Source: Macrostomum lignano (Eukaryota). From it: DNA of 64,000 nucleotides. The notes under the pieces were generated by a model. It did no database searches, had not been told where the DNA came from, and was given only the letters and a program-made list of their open reading frames with translations. The translations under genes and the position numbers were made by a program. The stretch lies in NCBI GenBank assembly GCA_002269645.1, contig NIVC01000108.1:372001-436000 (forward strand), given 5' to 3'. Below are positions 40,413 to 51,016 of this stretch, piece after piece; positions within the stretch are counted from its first letter, which is position 1, and each line of letters starts with the position of its first letter.

Positions 40413-41519
40413 GGCAGCTGGCTGGGACCTGACGGGCAAGTCAGAGTTGCTTATTAGTTTTCGGCTTGAGAACTGCTCAGGAAAAGCAGCCTGTTTTGCT
40501 TGCTTAGCGCACTCGAGCATCTAACTGAGTATGAAGTAAGCGACGGCTGCGGTTGAGATAATGGGGCGCTCTGTCGGCATGGCGACTCACCCTGCCCCCC
40601 CCCCAGACCCCGCTAGTCTCGTCTTACAGCTCGCCTCTTTGCTCATTTTGCGGGCTCAGATTCTTCTGTATAACAAAAGCAATTGTATCTGAGTGAGTGC
40701 TCAGGCTGCCCGGCGAGTGCACAGCTCGCTCAGCTTGGGACCCCTCCTGCACTGCCTTCATTGCGCTCGCCGGGGTGGGGCCTGAGAATTTCAAACCTAT
40801 TGAGCTGTGCGCTCAAATTGAGCAGCAAAATCGAATGGTGCAGCTGAATCCCATCGAGAGCTGGGACTTTGTTTGCACCGGCGGGGCGACGGCTCTAGGG
40901 AAATCTCGATGATGAAGCTAGCGGGAGGCTGGGATAAAGTTCGGGGGGGGAGGGAATGTCGCACTACCGCAGGGGATCTTGAGGCACTGTAGAAAATTGC
41001 TCGAGACCCTCATGGGACGGCAGCTTGGAGATATTTAAAACTCTGTCCCGGTCGCTGATCAACCGGATTGCCCCGGCAGGCAGGCGCAAGAAAGCCTGGA
41101 TTGAAAGAGCAGTGCGATGGAGGCCAGAGCCTGACCCCGGAAGCGCGTTGCAATTTTGCTGGAACACGGGTGGGGCCTAGCAGGATACCTGGATAATTAC
41201 TCCTTCATCTGTGTTTGCAATTTCCAGACGCGTGAAAGAGTCATTAATGAAAGCCGGCGGCGCAAGGGAAGCGCAAAGGGAGGCATAGGTGATGAAGCAT
41301 TGCAGCAGCCGATTCTGCCGCAGATTCTGCGCAGAAGCATCTCCCGATCGGGGAAACGAGGGGGCTGTGGGGAGGGGGTCACCGGCCTCCCCAGACACTA
41401 GCAAACACCCAGAGTCGGAGCCTGAGATCGCAACTCCCCAGACTGCAGGTTTTCAGTTTACACACAAAGGCAAGGCGACTACATGTTACATTCTTGCAAA
41501 AACTTGGTCTCAGTTTTAA

Positions 41520-41850
41520 GCTCAGTGGAATCCCTCAGTGGAATCCCCTCGATGAAATCCCCTCAATGGAATCCCTCAATGGAATCCCTCAATGGAATCC
41601 CTCAATGGAATCCCTCAATGGAATCCCTCAGTGGAATCCCCTCAATGGAATCCCTCAGTGGAATCCCTCAATGGAATCCCCTCAATGGAATCCCTCAATG
41701 GAATCCCTCAATGGAATCCCTCAATGGAATCCCCTCAATGGAATCCCTCAATGGAATCCCACAATGGAGTCCCTCAGTGTAATCCCTCAATGGAATCCTT
41801 CAGTGGAATCCCCTCTGTGGAATTCCCTCAGTGGAATCCCCTCTGTGGAA
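41520..41850. repeat. 13/14-bp GGAAT-core minisatellite (CAATGGAATCCCT)
   Basis: About 22 copies. Confidence 0.9.
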
Positions 41851-43176
41851 TCCCAGACGGTGGATTTTCTCAGCATCACTCATCATTTCCTTTGTTGGGA
41901 CGAAAGTTGAGCACTGCTAAGCTGATGAGCTGATCGATGTTTATTTATTCTCAAAAGATGAACAGAAAACTTGCCACTAGAGGGGGGAGAGGATGGCCAC
42001 ATTTAAAGTGCATGAATGTACGTGCTGTACGCAAGGTGCTCATGTACTCATATATCGTTTGAGCATTACATCTCTCCTCACTCGGATTAAATAATAAAGG
42101 GATAAAAGCAAAACATCATTTAAGGCTCATTCACACTGCCATCAATCGAGCCACCAAAGCACACGACCAATGTTTAAATGAATCCAATTTGATGTACATA
42201 TTGCGTGATCACACAGAATTTGGTCTTATTTGATGGCAGTGTGAACGAGCCTTCAGACTCGATGCCTCCTGGAGCCCGGCTCCGTGCAGTGCTCCGTCTG
42301 CGGGCTCGCCAGTCGCCTCTTCGACGCCTGTCTCAGCGGTTGACTCGGCCTGGCACTTACTTGACTCAGCTGCAGGGGGTTCCGGGCATCCGGATGCAGC
42401 GAGGAGGCGTTGCCGCCCATTCTGCCAATCCCTGGCCACCACGGGCAGCTGGTGCTGACTCCATAAGTCGCTGAAAGCCCGACCGCCCGACCGCTAGCAA
42501 CCGGGAAACTCCCCGGCTAAGAGCCCGGACGAACCAAAGGACCATCAGCGCGGTGCCACACTGGGCCCTTGAAAGGGGACAGTAGGGCTGTTTCCGGAGC
42601 CTGCGGACTGGCCGCATACCCTGTTAAGGTCAGAGGGTGATACCTGTTCCTCAGAGCCGTGACCAGAGGTACCTGATGCACTACAGGTGCACTACCGAGT
42701 GGAGCCCGTACCCAAAACGGCCAAGACAGAAGCCAAGGCCACGGATGGGTTGCCGCCGCCGGAGCCCAGTCAGTCCAGCAGCCCTGGAGCTGCCTTGAAC
42801 ACACGCGGGACGGTGAACCCCAGGGTCGGCTTGCGAGTCAGCTTGGAGAGAGCTCGTCTACCGTAAGCCTGGTGTGTCTCATGCTACACAGGCGTGTTGA
42901 GCCCACCATTGCATGCTGCAGCTCCGGCAGCTTCTTGACCTGGTTGGCGTGTCGTTGGCAGGGGCTCTCGCCACGCTGAATGACCAGGGCGTCTCCGTGG
43001 ACCTCGGCCTGGGAGCACTTCAGTTTGCAAGCAGGAAGTGTCTCCAGCTTCTGGCTCTGGGCCTCCTTGTCACTGGCTGGCCCCCTCGGACCAATCAGGG
43101 AGTTTTATCCTGATAGTTAAATTTTCTTTGAGGCAGCCATAGGGAGACAGCCGAGACCTGCTGCCCGCCTGCCGCC

Positions 43177-44391
43177 ATGTTCGAAGGCGCCTTCATCAAG
43201 CGCAGGTTCGGCCTGAACGCCACTGAATGCGGCCCGCTGCGGCCCATGCTGAACTTCAGCAGGGACCAGCTGGTCAGCCGGTCCTGCGACTCTGCCGACG
43301 TCACCATGTCCTACGCCCTGCTGCCCGCCTCCCTGCTGGCCCTGCTGCTCAGCCTCACCGCCCTGCAGGTGCTCAGGTCGCCCCGGCACCGGCGCAACGC
43401 CTTCCGGTTCTCCCTGGCTGCGCTGAGCGCCTGCCAGTGCCTCTACCTGCTGTGCGCCACCCTGGACTTCGCCAACCTGGCCAGCGGGGCCTGCCTGTAC
43501 TGGTCGCAGCCGGACAAGCACGCCAGGGTGCTGCTGGCAGGCATCGTCTGCTGCCTGGGCGACAGCTTCCTGAGCCTGCGCAACTGGTGCTACGTGCTGA
43601 TCACGGCGCAGCGGGCCGAGGCCCTGGCCTGCCCTCTGCGCGGCCGGAAGCTGCTGCGGCCGAGGAACTTCCTGCTGGGCCTCGGCGTGGCCTGGCTGGC
43701 CGCCCTGCTGCTGGCCGTCACCCGGTCCCTCGCCGAGGTCTTCGTTGTCTGCGAGGACGCCGAGGCCGATCAGACAGTCGGGCACGTCGGCATGCCGGCC
43801 AAGGCCCAGGACTCTGACCTGGAGGACACCTACAACTTCCTCAACGGTAGCTGGTTCGACAAGTTCGAGGTTGGTGCCTACTTCCTGTACCAGACGAATG
43901 GGCCCATTGCTCTGGTGATATTCTTCACGGTTGTCATGGTCGTCAAGATGTTCAAGAGCAGCAACGACAGTCGGCAGGAGCAGCGGCAGTCAGAGAGACA
44001 GCAGCCGCAGGCGCGGCTTCAGCTGGTGCAGACCAGCCGGATGCGGAGCAACAAGCTGTACGCCAGCCGCACCGTCCTGTGCATGGCGCTGGTGTTCTCC
44101 GTGCTGCACCTGCCCGCCTTCGTGGGCACCGCGCTGCAGAACTTCTCTCCAGACTTCGACATTACCAGCACCTATGGCAAAGCGTTCCAGGGCGTCTGCG
44201 AGGTCAGCCTGCTGCTGGACTTCATCTGCACCGTCCTGGTGCTGATCGCCTTTGTGCCCGAGTTCAAGTACGCCTGCTCCAACCGCTGCTGCTGCTGCTG
44301 CCGGGCCCGCCAACGTCAGCCGAGGCCAGCGGTGCGGCAGGCAGCTTGCAGGCAGCGGGCCAGGCGGCAGCTGGCTGATGCCGCCGTCTGA
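43177..44391 (+). CDS. Orphan rhodopsin-class (peptide-receptor-like) GPCR, intronless
   Basis: 404-aa ORF with about 7 hydrophobic segments; TM3 end ITAQRAEALACP (DRY-equivalent); TM6 VFSVLHLP; N-terminal sequons NAT/NFS; Cys-rich tail. Confidence 0.75.
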   Translation: MFEGAFIKRRFGLNATECGPLRPMLNFSRDQLVSRSCDSADVTMSYALLPASLLALLLSLTALQVLRSPRHRRNAFRFSLAALSACQCLYLLCATLDFANLASGACLYWSQPDKHARVLLAGIVCCLGDSFLSLRNWCYVLITAQRAEALACPLRGRKLLRPRNFLLGLGVAWLAALLLAVTRSLAEVFVVCEDAEADQTVGHVGMPAKAQDSDLEDTYNFLNGSWFDKFEVGAYFLYQTNGPIALVIFFTVVMVVKMFKSSNDSRQEQRQSERQQPQARLQLVQTSRMRSNKLYASRTVLCMALVFSVLHLPAFVGTALQNFSPDFDITSTYGKAFQGVCEVSLLLDFICTVLVLIAFVPEFKYACSNRCCCCCRARQRQPRPAVRQAACRQRARRQLADAAV

Positions 44392-44404
44392 TTGGGAGAT
44401 GCGG

Positions 44405-45552
44405 TACAATCACGTGACTTATTGCCGCCTGACTGGGGAAGTGTTTCGATTACGTGACTTATTGCCGTCTGTCTTGGGAAGGCAATTTAATCACGTGACT
44501 TATTGCCGTCTGTCTGGGGAGGTGGTTCAATCACGTGACTTATTGCCGCCTGACTGGGGAGGTGGTTCAATCACGTGACTTATTGCCGCCTGACTGGGCG
44601 AAGTGTTTCGATTACGTGACCTTCTGCCGTACGATTGGTGAATGTGGTTTAATCGCGTGACTTATTGCCGTCTGTCTGGGGAGGCGGTTCAATCACGTGA
44701 TTTATTGCCGTCTGCCTGGGGAGGCGGTTCAATCACGTGACTTATTGCCTCTGTCTGGGAAGGCGGTTCAATCCCGTGACTTATTGCCGTCTGTCTTGGG
44801 TAGGCGGTTTAATCACGTGACTTATTGCCGTCTGTCTTGGGTAGGCGGTTTAATCACGTGACTTATTGCCGTCTGTCTTTGGTAGGCGGTTTAATCACGT
44901 GACTTATTGCCTCTGTCTGGGAAGGCGGTTCAATCCCGTGACTTATTGCCGTCTGTCTTGGGTAGGCGGTTTAATCACGTGACTTATTGCCGTCTGTCTT
45001 GGGTAGGCAGTTTAATCACGTGACTTATTGCCGTCTGTCTTTGGTAGGCGGTTTAATCACGTGACTTATTGCCGTCTGTCTTGGGTAGGCGGTTTAATCA
45101 CGTGACTTATTGCCGTCTGTCTTTGGTAGGCGGTTTAATCACGTGACTTATTGCCTCTGTCTGGGAAGGCGGTTCAATCCCGTGACTTATTGCCGTCTGT
45201 CTTGGGTAGGCGGTTTAATCACGTGACTTATTGCCGTCTGTCTTGGGTAGGCGGTTTAATCACGTGACTTATTGCCGTCTGTCTTTGGTAGGCGGTTTAA
45301 TCACGTGACTTATTGCCTCTGTCTGGGAAGGCGGTTCAATCCCGTGACTTATTGCCGTCTGTCTTGGGTAGGCGGTTTAATCACGTGACTTATTGCCGTC
45401 TGTCTTGGGTAGGCGGTTTAATCACGTGACTTATTGCCGTCTGTCTTGGGTAGGCGGTTTAATCACGTGACTTATTGCCGTCTGTCTTTGGTAGGCGGTT
45501 TAATCACGTGACTTATTGCCTCTGTCTGGGAAGGCGGTTCAATCACGTGACT
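44405..45552. repeat. 41/39-bp minisatellite carrying TCACGTGAC, with higher-order structure
   Basis: About 28 units of AATCACGTGACTTATTGCCGTCTGTCTTGGGTAGGCGGTTT; a variant monomer recurs every 162, 244, 162 and 203 bp. Confidence 0.93.
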
Positions 45553-46392
45553 CGCTGTTAAGCCGAGTAATTAACACGAGGTCATGTGAGATTTGATTCT
45601 ATTTTTTCTTCGCTTGGTCACGTGATCATTCTATTGACTAACATTGTATTGTACTAAAATGATGCCGCGATAATTTTCGATAGTTCCGTCACCCAGCCAT
45701 TTTATTGTCCGAGTCACGTTGTTTATTTCCAGTTTTTTTCCTATCATTGAATTATCGCAAGATTTGCCCCATCAGAGCCGCAGCTTCTGCTTGTTTTTTC
45801 CCTTCTGCAAAACTAAAGCGCGTCTTCTTTGCACAGCTTCGCCCGCCCTGCTACTTTTTCAAAGTATCAGCTGACGAAGCAGACTGCACCTGCGGGCTCT
45901 CCGACCTCGAGTGCGCCTTGCACTAGCAGCTCTCCCCAACTACGCTCGTTATTTTATTCCTGGGTGGTCCCTCAGCTGCGAAATCTGAGAGCCGCTGAAA
46001 GCCAGGACGGGAATTAATCCGATGAAGGAAGCTGCAAGCGGAGCACTGAAAGCTCTGAGACTCTGATTTGTTCTGTCAACTCCGGACTCACGAGCGAGTT
46101 CCAATTTCTGTAGATGCTGGAATCCCGACATCAAACAGTTGGGGCCCAGGAAGTTCCCAAGCTTCTTTTTTATTTTGCTGAAAACTTTTCTCTTTAAATT
46201 TTCCCTTAATTTTATTAAAATGCAAGCAAAAACCAGCGATCCAGCATTGCTTCACTTGCTGCAGCATCCCAACACCCAAAACATTACTATTCGTATCACG
46301 AAATTATAGCAGAATGTGCTGACCGCGAATAAATATTGCCAATTAGTTAAAGACCGCAACCGTTTGTCTTGAGGTCTACAAATCTCTCGTTT

Positions 46393-47015
46393 AGTGAATC
46401 GGTAGCTGAGTGAATCGGTAGCTGAGTGAATCGGTAGCTGAGTGAATCGGTAGCTGAGTGAATCGGTAGCTGAGTGAATCGGTAGCTGAGTTAATCGGTA
46501 GCTGAGTGAATCGGTAGCTGAGTGAATCGGTAGCTGAGTGAATCGGTAGCTGAGTGAATCGGTAGCTGAGTGAATCGGTAGCTGAGTGAATCGGTAGCTG
46601 AGTGAATCGGTAGCTGAGTGAATCGGTAGCTGAGTGAATCGGTAGCTGAGTGAATCGGTAGCTGAGTGAATCGGTAGCTGAGTGAATCGGTAGCTGAGTG
46701 AATCGGTAGCTGAGTGAATCGGTAGCTGAGTGAATCGGTAGCTGAGTGAATCGGTAGCTGAGTGAATCGGTAGCTGAGTGAATCGGTAGCTGAGTGAATC
46801 GGTAGCTGAGTGAATCGGTAGCTGAGTGAATCGGTAGCTGAGTGAATCGGTAGCTGAGTGAATCGGTAGCTGAGTGAATCGGTAGCTGAGTTAATCGGTA
46901 GCTGAGTGAATCGGTAGCTGAGTGAATCGGTAGCTGAGTTAATCGGTAGCTGAGTGAATCGGTAGCTGAGTGAATCGGTAGCTGAGTTAATCGGTAGCTG
47001 AGTGAATCGGTAGCT
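46393..47015. repeat. Highly homogeneous 16-bp minisatellite (GAGTGAATCGGTAGCT)
   Basis: About 39 copies, only occasional GAGTTAAT variants. Confidence 0.97.
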
Positions 47016-47030
47016 CAGTCACTCAGCTAG

Positions 47031-47325
47031 GGGTTTTAGCCTAGTGGTCAGAGCGTCGGACTCACGACTTAAAGGTCAGGGGTTCGATCTTGACTAACTC
47101 GGAACAATTTGTGTCCTTGAGCAAGACGCCTAACTCTGCATTGCTTCAGTCCACCCAGCTGTAAAATGGGTGCCAGCATTAGCTGGGGTAATTGAGGGTG
47201 TGTGTGGCTACCCCTCCCCCCCCAGTCCCTGGACTGAACAGCCGTACGCAACCTTCAGTTGCACACCTGGCCATTTGGGCAGGTGTAATTAATAATTATT
47301 ATTTATTTAAGATTTATTATTTTAT
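47031..47325 (+). mobile_element. tRNA-derived CORE-type SINE
   Basis: A-box TAGCCTAGTGG; B-box GGTTCGATC; CORE-like GTGTCCTTGAGCAAGAC..TAACTC..CAGTCCACCCAGCTGTAAAATGGG; AT-rich simple tail. Confidence 0.75.
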
Positions 47326-47344
47326 CAGTAAATCCGAAGCTTAG

Positions 47345-48115
47345 TAGATTAGTAGATGAGTGGATTAGTAGCTGAGTGGATTAGTAGCTGAGTGGATTAG
47401 TAGCAGAGTGGATTAGTAGCTGAATGGATTAGTAGCTGAGTGGATTAATAGTTGAGTGGATTAATAGTTGAGTGGATTAGTAGCTGAGTGGATTAGTGGC
47501 TGAGTGGATTAGTAGCAGAGTGGATTAGTAGCTGAGTGGATTAGTAGCAGAGTGGATTAGTAGCAGAGTGGATTAGTAGCTGAATGGATTAGTAGCTGAG
47601 TGGATTAGTAGCTGAGTGGATTAGTAGCAGAGTGGATTAGTAGCAGAGTGGATTAGTAGCTGAGTGGATTAGTAGCTGAGTGGATTAGTAGCTGAGTGGA
47701 TTAGTAGCTGAATGGATTAGTAGCTGAATGGATTAGTAGCTGAGTGGATTAGTAGCAGAGTGGATTAGTGGCTGAGTGGATTAGTAGCAGAGTGGATTAG
47801 TAGCTGAGTGGATTAGTAGCAGAGTGGATTAGTAGCAGAGTGGATTAGTAGCTGAATGGATTAGTAGCTGAATGGATTAGTAGCTGAGTGGATTAGTAGT
47901 TGTGGGGATTAGTAGCTGAGTGGATTAGTAGTTGTGGGGATTAGTAGTTGTGGGGATTAGTAGTTGTGGGGATTAGTAGTTGTGGGGATTAGTAGCTGAA
48001 TGGATTAGTAACTGAGTGGATTAGTAGTTGTGGGGATTAGTAGCTGAGTGGATTAGTAGTTGTGGGGATTAGTAGCTGAGTGGATTAGTAGTTGTGGGGA
48101 TTAGTAGCTGAGTAG
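47345..48115. repeat. 16-bp minisatellite (GAGTGGATTAGTAGCT), sister of the 46393 array
   Basis: About 47 copies, more variable than the sister array. Confidence 0.95.
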
Positions 48116-48594
48116 ATCATTGACTTAATAACTGTGAGCCCGCCGACAGACAAGCAAGCGGTCAGGACAAGCAAGGTTACAATTAAGGTTACATTGATCG
48201 TCAGAAAGTTTTTAAAGGCTCAGAAGGTTTTCCTGCATAGTGCTCTATACTCAAATAACATTTAAACTGCTTCACGTCAGTCTTGTGGCGGTGTCTGTTT
48301 GCTTCGGGCCATCCAGGTGCTCATCTTCTGTAATAACGTGCTTGCCTTCTCCACTTGCCTCATCGATTTTAACAGAGCAGCTGGGAGCCGCTCTTCCATG
48401 CACCGGTGTAGCTGGTATGGCCTCGCGGCCCTGAGGCGCAAAGCTCTACTGAGCCTTTTTTGCCAAAAAAATCCCCCGAATGAAGCCGCATGACTGCCGA
48501 CCTGCTGCCCATGGGAAAACTGAAGCCTGCCGGCTGCGTCTAAAAAGAAATGCTTGACCTTGAGTCCGCTTCTACGGCTGCCCAGGGACAAAAA

Positions 48595-49455
48595 TGTTGC
48601 TCTCCCTCTCCCTGTTCCTCTCTTTTACCTTTCCCTCTTTCCCTCTCCCTCTCACTCTCTCCCCTCCCTCTCCCTATCTCCCTGTCTCCTGCTCTCCCTC
48701 TCTCCCTCTCCCTCTCTCCCTCTCCCTCTCTCCCTCTCTCCCTCTCCCTCTCTCCCTCTTTCCCTGTATCCCTCTTTCCCTGTCTCCCTCTCTCCCTGTC
48801 TCCCTCTCCCTCTCTCCCTCTCCCTCTCTCCCTGTCTCCTGCTCTCCCTCTCCCTCTCTCCCTCTCTCCCTGTCTCCTGCTCTCCCTCTCCCTCTCTCCC
48901 TCTCCCCCTCTCCCTGTCTCCTGCTCTCCCTCTCTCCCTCTCCCTCTCTCCCTGTCTCCTGCTCTCCCTCTCCCTCTCTCCCTCTCCCTCTCTCCCTGTC
49001 TCCTGCTCTCCCTCTCTCCCTGTCTGCTCTTGCTCTCCCTCTCCCCCTCTCCCTCTCTCTTCCTGTCTCCTGTTCTCCCTCTCTCCCTCTCCCTCTTCCC
49101 CTCTTCCTCTCTCCCTCTCCCTCTCCCTCTCTCCCTGTCTCCTGCTCTCCCTCTCTCCCTGTCTGCTCTTGCTCTCCCTCTCCCCCTCTCCCTCTCTCTT
49201 CCTGTCTCCTGTTCTCCCTCTCTCCCTCTCCCTCTTCCCCTCTTCCTCTCTCCCTCTCCCTCTCCCTCTCTCCCTGTCTCCTGCTCTCCCTGTCCCTCCC
49301 CGTTTACCTTTCCCTCTCGCCCTCTCTTCCTGTCTCCTGTTCTCCATCTCTACCTCTCTCCCTCTCTTCCTCTCACCTTCTCCCTGTCTCCCTCTCCCTC
49401 TCTCTCTCCTTCTCCATCTTTCTCCAACCATCCTCTCTACCTCTTTCCCTTCTCT
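48595..49455. repeat. Polypyrimidine (CTCTCC)n low-complexity array
   Basis: CT-only hexamer-based array with TCCCTGTCTCCTGC variants. Confidence 0.93.
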
Positions 49456-51016
49456 CTTTCACTTTTATTCTCTAAGATTTCGCCAGTTTAGACACCAAAT
49501 CTAACACTGATTCACAGAAAAGTTCGGTCGCGAGATTCACAAGAAGTCAAATGTGGTAGAATTTCTCTTCAATGAACTGAAGGACTCAAACAACTGCAAG
49601 GCTATGTTCAATTAATTTGCACATTCAATTTAAATTCTAGCATCGCCAGCTCACCTGCAAAGCCTGCAGTGGAGAACTGCTGCATAAAATATTCATTACG
49701 CGCGAAAGCCTGCCTATCCTCCAGCTGAGCCCACCGAGTCGACTGAGGATTACGCTGGCAAAGTGTACCCCCTCGAGCCTGGGAGAATATTGAGCAACAG
49801 GCCGTTCGGCCCGCCCAGGTGCACTTTGGCGATCCACACAATTCATACTGCGTGGAGCCCACAGCGGTGCCGCAGGATGCGGGCAAGTCACTGCAGACAG
49901 CCGCGGGGCAGGGAGAGTGGAACGGGAGAATGTTTATCCTAACTACCCGCTGCCCCGGCGATATTTGAACTGGGCGAGGTTTGGACCGGAAATTGGGGCT
50001 CTGCGGCGACCGGCAGCCGCCCGCCCACCGTGGAGGGCAATTCACATTTGCCTGCTGCGGCCCGTCTTTAAATGGAAAATTTAAAGATAGCCATGTCAGA
50101 AGCAGTTGCCCCCTACTGTGATCTCCGCTTACGACGGCTTGCCTCTTCTTAGTGTCTGGCCCTGATTTTTAGCCCAGTTCTCAAATCCAATAAAGCTTCA
50201 ACCAGAAATCGGGTCGCTTGGAAAGTGGAGTATAAACACAAATTTGGTCGTAATTCTATTTACCCGAGCTTTTATGACGTTCGTTGACTTTCTGGACCTG
50301 AAACAAAAACATTTTGGTTTTGATTTCTAGCGGGCTAAAGTTCTCTGTTTTTGATTGTGCCCTCATCCGTGAGCATACGCGTTACCCTAACATTGTAAAC
50401 AGCTAGTCGGCGTAACATGCATGCTGTACATGTCCTATCAGTATAGTTTTTTCTTTTGTAACAGTTTTCGGAATAGTTATCAGCTCAGCTGCTACTTATT
50501 CTATAAAGTTATACATGTAGTCAAGTAGCTCGTAGATGGGTACTCGAAGATTCGAATTTTAGCCCTATTTTCCAACAGAAAAACGCACCAAGTTCCAATT
50601 TTTTATTCGAGATCAAACGTTACAAATTAATTAGCCTGACCCTAAAACCCATTCAAGTTGAAAGCACTCAAAATTCTGTAGTTCGCAAATACATATTTTA
50701 CAGCTAGATAGGCAACCTCACAAAAATATACAACGTTTCTGGAATTTATTAATTTTTAGATGGACTTAGAATTTTCTTATTATCACTGTTATCCTATTGT
50801 TACTAAATAAAACAGCTATATTTGTTTAAATTGTTAAATTCTCTGTTGATACTGTAAACGTTTTAGGTTTAACTCGTTAATATATAGGGATATTATCGGA
50901 AAACAAACCAATTTTAAATTATCAAGTTTATATGAATAGCTATAACTAATTAACTGTCATTAGTTAACTAGTTACTCGTAAGTTGTAATTACAGGCAAAG
51001 ACTTTGAAACTCCACA

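Noticed and set aside
42205-43113. Short GC-rich ORFs upstream of the GPCR
   Set aside because: No homology or coherent exon chain was found.
44405-45552. CRISPR-like array (also considered for the 62-bp and 41-bp arrays)
   Set aside because: No unique spacers, no cas genes, and a eukaryotic context; these are head-to-tail minisatellites.
47031-47105. Second tRNA gene
   Set aside because: The A/B boxes are present but there is no complete cloverleaf, and the sequence continues into a CORE domain, so it is a SINE head.
48550-49504. About 300-aa LSPS/ER-rich ORFs; likewise 57700-58723, 7459-8341, 9549-10268, 17421-18105, 39508-40072
   Set aside because: Stop-free simple repeats; not protein-coding evidence.
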